DNA of 64,000 nt from a virus. A model generated the notes under the pieces. The model was not told the origin of the DNA and made no database searches. It was given only the letters and a program-made list of their open reading frames with translations. Shown in pieces: positions 1 to 9,271 of the stretch. Each line of letters opens with the position of its first letter. The stretch's first letter is position 1. The stretch covers positions 32,001-96,000 of the IMG/VR virus record IMGVR_UViG_3300020183_000013, one strand, 5' to 3'. The position numbers were made by a program, and so were the translations under genes.

Positions 1-1
1 C

Positions 2-592
2 GTTGCTAATACTGGTGGAGGTACTGCGGGATCAAATGGTGGTGGAACTGGTGGAAATGCAGGACCTGGTGGTACTTCTGGTGGCGGTGGTGGTGGAGGA
101 GGTTGGTCCGGAGTTTATGCTGGATCAACATATTATGTTGCTGGCGGTGGTGGTGCGGGTGGTGGTGGATCAAATGAAGGTAACGCCAATGAAACTCCAT
201 CTAGAGGTGGTGGTGCTGCAGGAAATGTTTATAGAGCAGATAGTTCAACTGGTACTTCGGGATTAAACTTTCCCGGAGATGGAGGAGGATGGGGAGGTTG
301 TGGGGGTGGAATAAGTGTGTCAAATGGAACTCAGGGAGGAGGGTCTGGAAACCAGACTCAATATGGTGGCAGTAATTTTGCAAATCCAATAGCATCAACA
401 TCTGCAACTTATGCAGGTGGTAATGGTGCTGCACCAAATAATCCGACAGCGGGGGGAAGGGCACCTGGACCATACAATCCATGGCCAGTTTTACCAGCAA
501 CTGTAGGAAATGGTGGATCTGGATCTGCATCACAACCATCTAGTGGATCGTCTGGACAAAGTGGAATTGTTATTTTTAGATATTTGGTATAA
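2..592 (+). CDS. Gly-rich virion/adhesin-like protein, C-terminal part (5' end outside window)
   Basis: Frame +2 is open from base 2 to TAA at 590-592, with poly-Gly blocks and a C-terminal SGIVIFRY motif shared with 17164..18177 (GRVGIRY). Confidence 0.75.
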   Translation, partial: VANTGGGTAGSNGGGTGGNAGPGGTSGGGGGGGGWSGVYAGSTYYVAGGGGAGGGGSNEGNANETPSRGGGAAGNVYRADSSTGTSGLNFPGDGGGWGGCGGGISVSNGTQGGGSGNQTQYGGSNFANPIASTSATYAGGNGAAPNNPTAGGRAPGPYNPWPVLPATVGNGGSGSASQPSSGSSGQSGIVIFRYLV

Positions 593-596
593 AAAA

Positions 597-683
597 ATGG
601 GTATAAAATCATATACAAATTCCACTACAGTCGTAGGCAAAGGTGGTTTCGGTATCGTTGCAATCAGATATCCATACGTTTAA
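597..683 (+). pseudogene. 28-aa mini-ORF resembling only the C-terminus of the Gly-rich adhesin family (probable internally deleted paralog)
   Basis: Translates as MGIKSYTNSTTVVGKGGFGIVAIRYPYV*, which matches the GGSGIVIxRY C-terminal motif. Confidence 0.5.
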
Positions 684-704
684 TAAATAATCATAAAAAA
701 TCTT

Positions 705-1148
705 ATGGCACACTACGCAGAACTTAATGAAAATAATGAGGTAATCTATGTTGTCTATATGGACAATGAGATTATCACCGATGAGAATGGTAATGAAGTA
801 GAAGAACTTGGTGTAAACCATCTTCATACTCACCACGGTGCAGACCGTAGATGGGTAAGAACCTCATATCGCGGAAACTTTAGGGGTAAGTATGCTGGAC
901 AAGGTGATACTTACAACGAAGACCTTGATATGTTTATAGGTCCTAGTCCATATCCTTCTTGGATTTTGAATGAAACTACTGGTCAATGGGAAGCACCAAC
1001 TCCTAAACCAGAAGGTGATTACTATTATTGGGATGAAGATACCACGTCTTGGATGCTACCAGAAGGTTATAATCCAAATGCACGAGATGGTGATGGTGAT
1101 GGAATTGTTCAGGAAGGAACTCCATTTGAGAGACCTGTAGGAACCTAA
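705..1148 (+). CDS. Conserved cyanophage protein accompanying Gly-rich fibre genes (putative assembly chaperone)
   Basis: MAHYAELNENNEV...W..TSY..NFRGKYA..GDTY....D.FI.P.P.PSW.LNE....WE.P.P.P; paralog of 18183..18650; late promoter ATAAATA at 683-689. Confidence 0.7.
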   Translation: MAHYAELNENNEVIYVVYMDNEIITDENGNEVEELGVNHLHTHHGADRRWVRTSYRGNFRGKYAGQGDTYNEDLDMFIGPSPYPSWILNETTGQWEAPTPKPEGDYYYWDEDTTSWMLPEGYNPNARDGDGDGIVQEGTPFERPVGT

Positions 1149-1170
1149 ATACCTAAAACTATAATATCCA

Positions 1171-1605
1171 ATGGGAAAGACCCGCCAGACTTCGAATTTA
1201 GTTTCTGATAATAATATCTTTGTAGATATTGCCAATGACCGTGTTGGAATTGGTACGACTGTTCCTGGTTATAAGTTAGATATTGTAGGTAATGTCAACT
1301 TTTCCGGAAACTTAACACAAAACGGAGTTGTTTTTTCTTCTGGTGCTGGCGGAACTTGGACATCATATACTGCTGGTATTGCAACAAGTAAATCAGTTGG
1401 TGTTAATACTACAAATCTAGATAATTCAAACTTAACAGGTGCTGGCAATTCATTTAAGGGACTTTATGTTTCAAATGGAATGATTGTTGTTGATAATGTT
1501 CTTTCAGGAAATCATTATATTGGTACGAACTTTAACGGCATAATGGCAGGTCCAGTAACAATCGAAGGGACTTTGACTGTTGATGGTAATTATGTTGTCG
1601 TATAA
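1171..1605 (+). CDS. Virion structural / tail-fibre-like protein
   Basis: RVGIGTTVP..KLDIVGN fibre repeat; late promoter upstream. Confidence 0.7.
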   Translation: MGKTRQTSNLVSDNNIFVDIANDRVGIGTTVPGYKLDIVGNVNFSGNLTQNGVVFSSGAGGTWTSYTAGIATSKSVGVNTTNLDNSNLTGAGNSFKGLYVSNGMIVVDNVLSGNHYIGTNFNGIMAGPVTIEGTLTVDGNYVVV

Positions 1606-1617
1606 GGAGAAAGAACA

Positions 1618-2850
1618 ATGACAGTAATTAGACCCAACAGTATCGCAGGTATCACAAGTCTAACGGCTCTTGGAACTGCTATTGACTTTTATAATGTAAA
1701 TGGAACGGGTATAGCATTTAATAATGTCAATCTGAATAACACCAGTGGTATTAGTACTTTTAATAGTATTAATGTAACATCCATTGTTGGTGTAAGTACT
1801 ATTGGTGTTACGACTGCTTATGTAACTAGTATTAATGATGGACCTATTTCTGGATCAAAAAACCGGATCATAAATGGAGATTTTGAAATTTGGCAAAGAG
1901 GAACTTCTGTTACTTTTCTTGATGGGTCAACTAACTTTTATCTAGCAGATCGTTGGTCTGGAACAGCAGAATACCAAAAAGCTCGCCATCAGAGAGTTTC
2001 TATTGCTGATACCTATTCTGGAATGGTCACTCGTTATGCTTTAAGAGCAAGTTCAAGCACAACAGCACAAGCAGCAAGCGGAACCAGAATTACTCTGGGG
2101 CAAAAAATTGAAAACGTGAATATGTATGACTTACGTGGAAAAACTGTTACGGCATCATTCTGGGTCAAGTTTAGTGCGGCAACAGTAAGTAGTAGCACCG
2201 CCACCGCATACGGAAACTGGAGTGCATATTTTGGGTTTCCAACTAGTGTTGATGCGACTTTTGCTACAACAAGTCCGATTACTGGTGTTGGAACTTTACA
2301 ACTTGCTAATGGTGCCTTACCAACTACTTGGACAAAATACAGTATAACTGCTACTGTGCCGTCAAATGCTGGAAATATTGACCTTCGTTTTCTGTTTGCT
2401 AATCTAGGTAATACCGCATCGGCAGATACAGTTTGGTATGATATCACACAAGTTCAGTTAGAAGAAGGTCCAGTAGCTTCTGTTTTTGAGCGGCGCAGCT
2501 TTGGGCAGGAGCTGGCGTTGTGTCAGAGGTATTACTACCGTTTGAAAGCTGGCTCAAGTTATGCCAACGCTGGGGTTGGTCGAGCCTATTCAACGACAAA
2601 CGGGCAATCAATCGTTTCACTTCCTGTATCAATGAGAGCGTTACCAGTAGGCGGTTACTCAGCCTTGGCGGACTGGAACGCTTCACAATCATCAGGAAAC
2701 ATCACAGCGTTGGCTCCAGTGTCTCAGTATTCACTTGATTACAAACAGATGACAATCGACATAACAGCGACGATGGTAAGTGGTCAAGCAGTTATCCTGA
2801 ACGCAAACAACACAACAAACGCTTGGATTGACTGGAGTGCGGAACTATGA
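1618..2850 (+). CDS. Tail fibre protein with carbohydrate-binding-like domain
   Basis: NRIINGDFEIWQRG...ADRW...VQLEEG..AS.FERR....ELALCQRYY motifs typical of phage tail fibres. Confidence 0.8.
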   Translation: MTVIRPNSIAGITSLTALGTAIDFYNVNGTGIAFNNVNLNNTSGISTFNSINVTSIVGVSTIGVTTAYVTSINDGPISGSKNRIINGDFEIWQRGTSVTFLDGSTNFYLADRWSGTAEYQKARHQRVSIADTYSGMVTRYALRASSSTTAQAASGTRITLGQKIENVNMYDLRGKTVTASFWVKFSAATVSSSTATAYGNWSAYFGFPTSVDATFATTSPITGVGTLQLANGALPTTWTKYSITATVPSNAGNIDLRFLFANLGNTASADTVWYDITQVQLEEGPVASVFERRSFGQELALCQRYYYRLKAGSSYANAGVGRAYSTTNGQSIVSLPVSMRALPVGGYSALADWNASQSSGNITALAPVSQYSLDYKQMTIDITATMVSGQAVILNANNTTNAWIDWSAEL

Positions 2851-3107
2851 CATACAAACTTTCACGGGACGGGTTTGGTCAGCAGTACGTTTTGAGTATT
2901 ACTGAGCAAGGCACAAAAGTCATCCCCTTCGACCCTGCCAACACCGACTATCAGGCATACCTGCGCTGGCTGGAAGACGGCAACAGCCCGCTCCCGGCGG
3001 ATGAACCAGACCCCATTCCCGAACCAGAACCTCTAACTGCTCAACAGAAACTAGAGGCATCAGGACTTACAGTACAAGAACTCAAAGATCTTCTTGGGTT
3101 ATCATAA
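2847..3107 (+). CDS. Putative tail fibre assembly chaperone
   Basis: IPFDPANTDYQAYLRWLEDGNSPLPAD motif; overlaps the fibre stop codon (ATGA). Confidence 0.7.
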   Translation: MTYKLSRDGFGQQYVLSITEQGTKVIPFDPANTDYQAYLRWLEDGNSPLPADEPDPIPEPEPLTAQQKLEASGLTVQELKDLLGLS

Positions 3108-3124
3108 ATACCTAAAAAACCACA

Positions 3125-4369
3125 ATGGGAATTCAGATAAACGGACAAACTGATACTATCTCTGCATCTGATGGTGGTTTGTCCATCAGTGGAATGGATT
3201 TATCAGGTGTTACGAGTATTAATGCCTCAGGTATTGGTACTTTTACTAATGGTCCTGTTCTTATAGGTTCTGCTACTTCTACTGGTACTGCATCTCAAAG
3301 ACTTCAGGTTACTGGTGGTGGATACTTTAGTGGTAATGTCGGCATAGGAATCACAAATCCATCCACTAAACTTGATGTTTTTGTAACAAGTGGAAATGCA
3401 ATTAGAGCAATTTCAAATCCAACTTATTCACCTTATCCACTGTCAATTGGAGTAATTGCAGGACTTTCTACAAATGCAGCATCTTCCAATGCTTCTCAAT
3501 TTGCAGCAGCTGGTATTGGTGTAACAAGTGGAGAAATAGGTGTTTATTCTTTTTATCCAACATTTGCAAACTTTCCATCAGATAGAGGTCCAAGAAGAGC
3601 AGTTGATTTAGTTGGTGGATTTGCAGGAGTTTGGGGAACTGAATACTTTGCGATTAATGTTGGTAGAGATGGTTTTTCTAATGATAGTGCTGTTTTAACT
3701 AATGAAAGATTAAGAGTTACTGGAAGTGGTAATCTTGGTATAGGAACCACAAATCCGAGTGTAGTTTTAGATATAGCAACTTCCAATGATGCTATTATAA
3801 AGGCAACCACGACAGGTTCTATTCAATCATCTATGGTTACTTTGATAGGTAAACAAGCAGGAGTAAGTAATGAATGGAGTATAGTATCAACAGGTAATGG
3901 TTTATCTGGTCCTCAACTTCGTTTCGTGAATGGTGGTTGGACCAGTTCTCCGTATATGCAAATAGATTCTTCCGGTAGAGTTTTGAAAGCATCTCAACCA
4001 TATTTTTATGCAAGAGGAGCAAATAGTAACTATACGCTTACAAATGGAGCAGATTTACCATTCAATGATGCTATAACGAATATTGGAAATCATTTCAACA
4101 CAACAAACTATAGATTTACTGCTCCAATCGCAGGAAGATATTTGATTACATGGTCTGTTTTCGTTAACATCGTGGCCGGTAGATGTGTTATTAAAGTAAA
4201 TGGGTTAAATTATAACAATCTTCAGATGGATTCTGGTGCTGCAATGTCACAATCTGCAATACTCTCATTAAGTGCTAATGACTATGTTACGGTTGGTGAT
4301 TGGCAAAGTTTTTCGGGTATGCAAGTTTATATGGGACACTGCCACTTTAGTGGTATTCTTCTATCATAA
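3125..4369 (+). CDS. Tail fibre-like protein with C-terminal C1q-like domain
   Basis: GNVGIGITNP repeats; C-terminal PYFYA...F...N.GNHFNTTNYRFTAPIAGRY...LSLSANDYV C1q signature. Confidence 0.75.
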   Translation: MGIQINGQTDTISASDGGLSISGMDLSGVTSINASGIGTFTNGPVLIGSATSTGTASQRLQVTGGGYFSGNVGIGITNPSTKLDVFVTSGNAIRAISNPTYSPYPLSIGVIAGLSTNAASSNASQFAAAGIGVTSGEIGVYSFYPTFANFPSDRGPRRAVDLVGGFAGVWGTEYFAINVGRDGFSNDSAVLTNERLRVTGSGNLGIGTTNPSVVLDIATSNDAIIKATTTGSIQSSMVTLIGKQAGVSNEWSIVSTGNGLSGPQLRFVNGGWTSSPYMQIDSSGRVLKASQPYFYARGANSNYTLTNGADLPFNDAITNIGNHFNTTNYRFTAPIAGRYLITWSVFVNIVAGRCVIKVNGLNYNNLQMDSGAAMSQSAILSLSANDYVTVGDWQSFSGMQVYMGHCHFSGILLS

Positions 4370-4389
4370 TAAATACTCAAAAAAGACTT

Positions 4390-4662
4390 ATGGATTATAC
4401 TATTACTTTAACCGAAGCAGAAAATAAAGCATTAGAATATGTTACTGCATCTCCACAAGAATGGATTGATAATGCAGCAACCAACAGAGCACGTATTGCT
4501 ATCGATGAAATCTGTGATATCTATGTTAAGCATAAACTAGATAACAATCTTCCTATCACAGTTACAAACAAACCAGATATGGTTCTAGCGGCTTTTGAAG
4601 AGGGATTAGTCACTACAGCAGTACAAAGAAATCAAGAAGCAGCATCTAATACTGTTTCATAA
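4390..4662 (+). CDS. Small fibre-associated protein (putative chaperone), paralog 1
   Basis: Highly similar to 6093..6365; follows a C1q-tipped fibre; own late promoter. Confidence 0.7.
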   Translation: MDYTITLTEAENKALEYVTASPQEWIDNAATNRARIAIDEICDIYVKHKLDNNLPITVTNKPDMVLAAFEEGLVTTAVQRNQEAASNTVS

Positions 4663-4679
4663 ATACCTAAAAAACTATA

Positions 4680-6068
4680 ATGGCATCTGAACTTAGAGTA
4701 AACAATATCAAGAACAGAAGTGGACTCGGAACAGTCACCTTTGCTGATGAAGGACTGGTTATTTCTGGCATCACAAGTTTAAGTTTAGGTGACACGAGTT
4801 TAATCGTTGGTTCTGCTACTTCTACAGGTACTGCAAGTCAGAGATTACAGGTAACTGGTGGTGCTTATGTGAGTGGTAGTATTGGTATAGGAACCACAGT
4901 ACCGGCACAGAAATTACACATTCAAGATGGTTCGGATGGACTAAGAATAAGTGCAACTGCTGTAGAACAAACTTCATCATCAGGACTTACATTAAATGGT
5001 TCTAATGCTTCTGGTTTTATTGCTTTTAGGGCAGCAGGTAATGAAAGAGCCCGTATAGATTCAAGTGGTAATGTCGGCATAGGCACCGATAATCCACTGG
5101 CAAAACTTCACATCCGTACTACATCCTATACAACTCCGTGTTTAGTTTTTCCAGATGCAACAAATCCAAGATATTCTGTTGGATTTGGAAATGCTAATAT
5201 ATTTGGTGTTGGACAAAGATTAGATTTTTATGCTGGTGATAGTGGTTCTAATACTTCTAATCTTAGCAGTGCTCATTTAAGAATGAGTTTGACTGCCGAT
5301 GGTAATCTGGGCATAGGAACCACAAATCCAAGTTCTTCTCTCCACGTTGCAGGTTCAAGAAACAATTATCCAACGCAACCAGGAGTTCATATTGGTGAAG
5401 GTGGGACAAATGATTTTGCTTTAGACATTTGCTGTCGCAACAGTAGTGCCAGTTCATACATCGACTTTACTCATCCAGGTCAAGACTATAAAGGTCGTGT
5501 TATAAAAACTATGGGAGGTGTTTTCTCTATTCAAAATACAGAAGCAACTCCAATGACTTTATATAATAATGGTGATAATAGAATAATCATTGATAGTTCT
5601 GGTAGGGTGACGATGCCTTATCAACCTGGTTTTTTCGCTTCTAGTGATAATGCTGGTGCTGCTAACCAACCAGCAACTGGTGATACTGCTATGCTTGGAA
5701 CTTTATTCAATATAACTTCTCAAACAGGTGGATTTAACACAGGAAATCATTACAACACTGGAACAGGCATCTTCACAGCACCAGTTGCTGGAAAATACTA
5801 TACATTTTTTAATATGAGATGGGAAACTGCAAACTTTGTTCAAAATAGTTACATTAGAATTTTTATATCAAAAAATAATACTCATACAGTGTTTATTCAC
5901 CAAATTAATGGTACTAATGAAGCTTGGTCTAATTATATGGCGATGTCTTGTTCTGGTATTATGGACCTTGCTGCTGGTGATACATTAAGACCAAAGGGAG
6001 GTCTGAATGGTGGAACTGCACAGGCCTGGTGGAGTGAATCATCTTGGGGCGCTTGGTTATTAGGATAA
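4680..6068 (+). CDS. Tail fibre-like protein with C-terminal C1q-like domain
   Basis: GIGTxNP repeats; QPGFFA...HYNTGTGIFTAPVAGKY...MDLAAGDTL C1q signature. Confidence 0.75.
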   Translation: MASELRVNNIKNRSGLGTVTFADEGLVISGITSLSLGDTSLIVGSATSTGTASQRLQVTGGAYVSGSIGIGTTVPAQKLHIQDGSDGLRISATAVEQTSSSGLTLNGSNASGFIAFRAAGNERARIDSSGNVGIGTDNPLAKLHIRTTSYTTPCLVFPDATNPRYSVGFGNANIFGVGQRLDFYAGDSGSNTSNLSSAHLRMSLTADGNLGIGTTNPSSSLHVAGSRNNYPTQPGVHIGEGGTNDFALDICCRNSSASSYIDFTHPGQDYKGRVIKTMGGVFSIQNTEATPMTLYNNGDNRIIIDSSGRVTMPYQPGFFASSDNAGAANQPATGDTAMLGTLFNITSQTGGFNTGNHYNTGTGIFTAPVAGKYYTFFNMRWETANFVQNSYIRIFISKNNTHTVFIHQINGTNEAWSNYMAMSCSGIMDLAAGDTLRPKGGLNGGTAQAWWSESSWGAWLLG

Positions 6069-6092
6069 TAAATACTCAAAAAAGAACTTAAT

Positions 6093-6365
6093 ATGGATTA
6101 CACCGTTACTCTAACTGAAGCAGAAACCAAAGCAATGGAATATGTCGCTGCTGATCCACAAGATTGGATTGATAACGCAGCACACAACCGTGCTCGTATT
6201 GCAATTGATGAGATTTGTGACTTATATGTAAAGCATAAGTTAGATAATAATCAACCCATCACGGCAACCAACAAACCAGATATGGTTTTAGCTGCATATG
6301 AAGAGGGTCTAGTGAAAACAGTAGAAGAAAAAAATCAAGAAGCAGCATCTAATACTGTTTCATAA
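6093..6365 (+). CDS. Small fibre-associated protein (putative chaperone), paralog 2
   Basis: Paralog of 4390..4662. Confidence 0.7.
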   Translation: MDYTVTLTEAETKAMEYVAADPQDWIDNAAHNRARIAIDEICDLYVKHKLDNNQPITATNKPDMVLAAYEEGLVKTVEEKNQEAASNTVS

Positions 6366-6382
6366 ATACCTAAAAAACTATA

Positions 6383-8005
6383 ATGGCACTTAACTTTCCA
6401 GACGCACCTACTGTAAATGAAGTTTATACAGATAACACTTCTGGGTTTTCTTTCAAGTGGGATGGATATGTCTGGCAAAGTTTTACTCCACAATCAACAA
6501 AAGAAATTGTAATTCTTGATGATATTTCTGGTTCTTTTAATGATTCAACTGTAACATTCGCACTTACAGAATCCGGAATACCATTCTATCCTGCGAATGC
6601 ACAACAACTTAGAATTGTTCTTGGTGGTGTAGTTCAAGCGCCAATTACTGATTATACAATTTCATCATCAAATATTACTTTCACAACCGCACCAAGTTCT
6701 GGATTAACATTCTCCGGAGTTTCACTAGGCCCTGCTGTACCGATTGGAACTGCAATTGTTGCTGATGGTTCTATAACACCAATTAAGTTATCGACTGGAG
6801 GGCCTTCTTGGAATACCTCTGGAGATTTATATGTTTCCGGAATTTCAACAGTTACCAATGCTCTTGGTACTGTCAAGATTGGAACTGGAAACACAACGTT
6901 AATTGTAGAAGGAAACACAAGAGTTACTGGTATTCTTACAATTGGAACAAGTTCAGTTACTCTTAATGGAACAACTGATCAGGTTAATGTAGGTTCTGCT
7001 ACAACCATTCATACTAGTGGATTTAGAATCGGAAGTTCTGATTTACACTCAACTGGATTAAGTATTGTCAATTTAAATTCTTCTGGTATTGGTACTTTTA
7101 ATGATATTAACTTCACGGGAACTTTAAATCAAAACGGAAGTCCTTTTGTTGCATCTAGATGGACTGCAGGAACTGGTAATGATATCTACAGGTTAACTGG
7201 TAATATCGGCATAGGAACCACAAATCCACAAGCAAAACTTGATGTGAATGGAACTGCTAGAGCAAATAGATTTACAGTTCCTTATGGAACAGTTTTAACA
7301 ACATATAAAACTAATAATCCTTCTACCAATGTTGCAATTGAAGGATCACCCAATGATAGAGATTTTTGGATATTCAGAGATCCAGCAGACTCTAATTCGA
7401 ACTGGGGAATATATCATAGAAATATTGACTCATCTTTATCAGAGTCTGGTGAATATACTGTTCCAGCAAACAGTATTTCTTTTGTTGGTGGTGGAACTAA
7501 TAGTCCAGGTGTGACAATTGATCTTGCATATGGAGATTTACAAGTTAAGAGAAATATTAAAATAGGAAATGATAATATTATTCAATGGGTGGAAGTAACA
7601 CCAGGAGTAACAGAATGGTCTTTTACTGGTGGTGTAACTTCACAAGCAATTACACTAAATCCATCCACCATACCCTCAACTGCTCGTTATGTTCTTGCTG
7701 ATGTTTTTGCAACTGCTAATTCCAGCGATCACCAGAATTTTGTTTTGGGTAGAAACGTTTTAACAAATCAAACAAACTGGGTTGGATCAAGGGGACAGCA
7801 ACCATCAGGACAATTTGGAACACTAACTCGTCAGGCAATTACTCTTACTTATAATGGTGAAACAGATGGATACAGCCCATTCTTTGGTGTATGGTATTCC
7901 AGTCAACACATACCAACCAGTGGAAGGACAATTTATTTTAATAACTTTGGAAACTCTGGGAGTAATGGGTGGCTTTATGTTCTTGTAAAAGCATATTCTC
8001 TATAA
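6383..8005 (+). CDS. Virion structural / tail-fibre-like protein
   Basis: LDDISGSFN...LGGVVQAP..DYTIS...ITFTTAP cyanophage structural domain plus GIGTTNP fibre repeat. Confidence 0.75.
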   Translation: MALNFPDAPTVNEVYTDNTSGFSFKWDGYVWQSFTPQSTKEIVILDDISGSFNDSTVTFALTESGIPFYPANAQQLRIVLGGVVQAPITDYTISSSNITFTTAPSSGLTFSGVSLGPAVPIGTAIVADGSITPIKLSTGGPSWNTSGDLYVSGISTVTNALGTVKIGTGNTTLIVEGNTRVTGILTIGTSSVTLNGTTDQVNVGSATTIHTSGFRIGSSDLHSTGLSIVNLNSSGIGTFNDINFTGTLNQNGSPFVASRWTAGTGNDIYRLTGNIGIGTTNPQAKLDVNGTARANRFTVPYGTVLTTYKTNNPSTNVAIEGSPNDRDFWIFRDPADSNSNWGIYHRNIDSSLSESGEYTVPANSISFVGGGTNSPGVTIDLAYGDLQVKRNIKIGNDNIIQWVEVTPGVTEWSFTGGVTSQAITLNPSTIPSTARYVLADVFATANSSDHQNFVLGRNVLTNQTNWVGSRGQQPSGQFGTLTRQAITLTYNGETDGYSPFFGVWYSSQHIPTSGRTIYFNNFGNSGSNGWLYVLVKAYSL

Positions 8006-8078
8006 TAAATACTCAAAAAGATTATAATGAAGGTGGTATCCAAACTAGAATTAACTCATAAATACCTAAAAAACCATA

Positions 8079-8525
8079 ATGTCTAGAACAAAAGTACAAC
8101 TTGTCGGTGATGCTCAAGGTGGAGCAAACTTTGCTGGTATTGTAACTGCGACATCAGCAAATGTTGGTTCTGGAATTACTCTAAGTGGAACTCAGATTAA
8201 TGTAGGTTCAGCAACGACCATTCATAGTAATGGTTTTAGAATCGGAAGTTCAGACTTGCATTCTTCTGGGGTTACGTTACAAAATGCCAATATTCTTGGT
8301 GTAGTTACCGCAACATCAATTCGACTAAATGGTCAAACTTTATTCAATGGTGTTGGTATTGGAACATTTGGAGTAACAGTAGGAACTGGTGTAACTTTTA
8401 TTGATTTGAGAGGTGCAGGTATTTCCACAGTAACAGTATCATCAGGTATCGCTACAATAAATGTAACTGGTGGCGGCGGAGGAGGAGGAGGAGGATTTAG
8501 TCCAATAAACTTCATCCTTTCATAA
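8079..8525 (+). CDS. Short fibre-like structural protein
   Basis: Shares the VGSATTIHxxGFRIGSSDLHS segment with 6383..8005; GIVTATS repeats. Confidence 0.65.
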   Translation: MSRTKVQLVGDAQGGANFAGIVTATSANVGSGITLSGTQINVGSATTIHSNGFRIGSSDLHSSGVTLQNANILGVVTATSIRLNGQTLFNGVGIGTFGVTVGTGVTFIDLRGAGISTVTVSSGIATINVTGGGGGGGGGFSPINFILS

Positions 8526-8557
8526 AATTAATAAATACTTAAAACACCAGAAGTAAA

Positions 8558-8893
8558 ATGGCTGTCGCTGAAATTACCAATATAATTATTGAAAAGGGCA
8601 CAGATTTTGAGGTGACTTTCAATCTTTTTGAATCAGACAGTTCTGCTGCTGTTTTGAGTCAACTTGGAACGACTTATGCATCAATTCGTAAGCATCCAAC
8701 AGCAACTAGTTCCGTAGAGTTTTCAAAAACAATCACTGCAGGAACAGGAACAATTAAATTAACCTTAACCGCCGAACAAACTGCAACTTTAAAAGCGGGA
8801 AGAAATTACTTTGATGTTGTATTAACGGTTGCAACTAAGAAGACAAAAGTCATTAAAGGAACAGCAATGGTAGAGGAGAGTGTTTCTGTATGA
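8558..8893 (+). CDS. Conserved cyanophage virion protein
   Basis: NIIIEKGTDF...IRKH...LTAEQT..LK.GR.YFDV pattern; late promoter at 8531. Confidence 0.65.
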   Translation: MAVAEITNIIIEKGTDFEVTFNLFESDSSAAVLSQLGTTYASIRKHPTATSSVEFSKTITAGTGTIKLTLTAEQTATLKAGRNYFDVVLTVATKKTKVIKGTAMVEESVSV

Positions 8894-9228
8894 CATATAA
8901 AGTAACACTGTCTTCAGGAAATAATTTTTCAGCAAAAATTTCTCAACCCCTTAACCGAAAAGCAAATCTCTCATACAAACTTGAGATTACTCCAATGAAC
9001 CTAGACGAACTTACAGACGTAGAAATCAGTGGAGCGAATGATAAGTATGTCTTAATGTACGATGCATCATCTGGAAAATGGAAAGATGTCAATCCAGATG
9101 TAGTTCTGAATGCCGCAGCTGCAACTGAAACAACACAACCAGGACTTGTTGGTTACGCAACAGCATTCCTAGATCGTGTCGATATCGATCTCGATGACCG
9201 CATTGATCTTGATGCAGGCAGTTTTTAA
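8890..9228 (+). CDS. Conserved cyanophage structural protein
   Basis: LDELTDV...VLMYD..SGKW motif; C-terminal IDLDAGSF. Confidence 0.6.
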   Translation: MTYKVTLSSGNNFSAKISQPLNRKANLSYKLEITPMNLDELTDVEISGANDKYVLMYDASSGKWKDVNPDVVLNAAAATETTQPGLVGYATAFLDRVDIDLDDRIDLDAGSF

Positions 9229-9271
9229 GTTTTCTAAATAATACTAAGGGAAAAACTAGTGGAGAAAGGGA

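Larger units (their letters stand above)
4629..6388 (+). repeat. 57-bp exact direct repeat (4629-4685 and 6332-6388)
   Basis: AAATCAAGAAGCAGCATCTAATACTGTTTCATAAATACCTAAAAAACTATAATGGCA occurs at both positions, bracketing one fibre+chaperone module. Confidence 0.9.

Noticed and set aside
3-618. His-rich and Val-rich ORFs in alternative frames (also 16111..16482 and 17378..17593)
   Set aside because: Artefacts of GGT/GGA poly-Gly codon runs in the real frame
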